Positions 62,841 through 64,000 of a DNA stretch of 64,000 bases are shown here, piece by piece. The notes under the pieces were generated by a model that was not told where the DNA came from, did not search any database, and was given only the letters and a program-made list of their open reading frames with translations. Position 1 is the first letter of the stretch; each line of letters opens with the position of its first letter. The DNA comes from Cyanobacteriota bacterium (GTDB lineage Bacteria; Cyanobacteriota; Cyanobacteriia; PCC-6307; Cyanobiaceae). The position numbers and the translations under genes are program-made. The stretch is taken from the NCBI GenBank assembly GCA_046052125.1, contig JBJOMY010000005.1:32001-96000 (forward strand), read 5' to 3'.

Positions 62841-63863
62841 TCAGGTGGCTAGAGACGCAGCCCAGGTGAAGGCTGCCTTGCCGGACCCTGCCATGGCGAT
62901 CAGGTCCCAGCCCTGGCGGCTGAACTGCTCACCGGCTGGCAGGCGGGCGATCAGCAGCAGCAAACAAATGCCGAAGAGATAGAAGATCGACCAGCGGAAC
63001 AAGCCGCGGGCCCGCTGCAGGTCATCCGGATCGCGATGCAACCGCCAGGCCATCTGGATCAGGCGGGCGTTGAAGGGCAGCAGCAGCAGGCCGTAGAGCA
63101 GACCGCCGCTGGGAAGAGCCCAGATCCCAAACAGGCTGAGCAGCACCGTGGCAGCCGCGTAGAGGCTGATGCCCCGAGCCGTCGCCGCGGTGCCCTTCAC
63201 CACCGGCAGCATCGGAATGCCTACGGCGCGGTAGTCGTCTTTCAGCAGCAGCGCCAACGCCCAGAAATGGGCGGGGGTCCACACCATCACCAGGGCGAAC
63301 AACCACCAGCTGCTCAAACCGAGATGGCCCGTGGCGGCGGCTGCGCCCACCAGTGGCGGGATCGCACCGGCCACGCCGCCGATCACGATGTTCTGGGTGG
63401 TGCGTGGCTTGAGCAGCACCGTGTAGAGCAGCACGTAGCTGCACAGGCCGAGCAGGGCCAGGCTGGCGGCCAGGCAGTTCACCCCGCCCACTAAGAGCGT
63501 GGCGGCGGTGAGGGCGAGAGCAACAGCGATCGCAAAAGCCGTGCCCATCGACAAGCGCCCCGAGGGGAGCGCGCGGGAGCTGGTGCGGAGCATGCGGCCA
63601 TCCAGCTCCTGCTCCCACAAACAGTTGAGAACGCCAGCTGCTGCTGCCGCCAAGGCGCCGCCCCCAAGGGTGCAGGCGAGCCTGAGCGGGGGCAGGGGCC
63701 AACCCTCCGAGAGGGCCATCCCCCCCAGGGTGGTGGCAAGCAGCAAGGGGATCAGGCGCGGCTTGGCGATCTCCAACCAGGGCGGCAGCTTGATGCGAGC
63801 CCGGGAGGGCACCACCTGATCACGGGTGAGGGCCGGGACTGCTGTTGCAGGTGCACTAACCAT
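62841..63863 (-). CDS. ctaB: heme o synthase (protoheme IX farnesyltransferase)
   Basis: [29 protein letters not shown]...GIPMLP. Confidence 0.93.
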   Translation of the reverse strand: MVSAPATAVPALTRDQVVPSRARIKLPPWLEIAKPRLIPLLLATTLGGMALSEGWPLPPLRLACTLGGGALAAAAAGVLNCLWEQELDGRMLRTSSRALPSGRLSMGTAFAIAVALALTAATLLVGGVNCLAASLALLGLCSYVLLYTVLLKPRTTQNIVIGGVAGAIPPLVGAAAATGHLGLSSWWLFALVMVWTPAHFWALALLLKDDYRAVGIPMLPVVKGTAATARGISLYAAATVLLSLFGIWALPSGGLLYGLLLLPFNARLIQMAWRLHRDPDDLQRARGLFRWSIFYLFGICLLLLIARLPAGEQFSRQGWDLIAMAGSGKAAFTWAASLAT

Positions 63864-63999
63864 GGGAGAACTCCTGCTGGGAAGGCTGAAGAAGGCTGCG
63901 GCTGAACAAGGCGGCCAACACCGCCACCAACAGGGCCGCCATCAGCTGATGGGCCACGGTGACGGCAGGCGCCGCCAACGTGAGGCGCAGGCTGAAGAC
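63856..63999 (-). CDS. ctaA: heme a synthase C-terminus (truncated by the window edge)
   Basis: [25 protein letters not shown]...*; overlaps the ctaB start. Confidence 0.7.
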   Translation of the reverse strand, partial: VFSLRLTLAAPAVTVAHQLMAALLVAVLAALFSRSLLQPSQQEFSHG

Positions 64000-64000
64000 A

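Overview
High-GC picocyanobacterial chromosome segment, Synechococcus/Cyanobium-like (inferred from psaFJ, petCA, petG, chlI, hli, cytM and Yfr1). It is mostly core genome: leuA, GH57, crtL, gyrA, guaB, Yfr1, trxA, hisH, ruvC, hom, a peptide ABC pair, ychF, wecB, pilT, tsaD, gmk, tatC, cobM, tRNA-Val(CAC), ppx, ispD, fabG, groEL, nanE and ctaB/ctaA. No CRISPR array, transposase, integrase or rRNA was seen. Three things stand out. (1) A gene fusing an acetolactate-decarboxylase-fold Zn domain to a CARDB domain is translationally coupled between gyrA and crtL, with a stand-alone ArsS-like radical SAM gene on the other side of crtL. (2) A lower-GC insert (~33.3-35.7 kb) carries an orphan Gly/Ser/Thr/aromatic-rich protein, flanked by hairpin-rich non-coding DNA and a small acidic peptide gene. 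(3) Long palindromes flank guaB-Yfr1-trxA. All family calls come from motif recognition by eye; no database searches were run.
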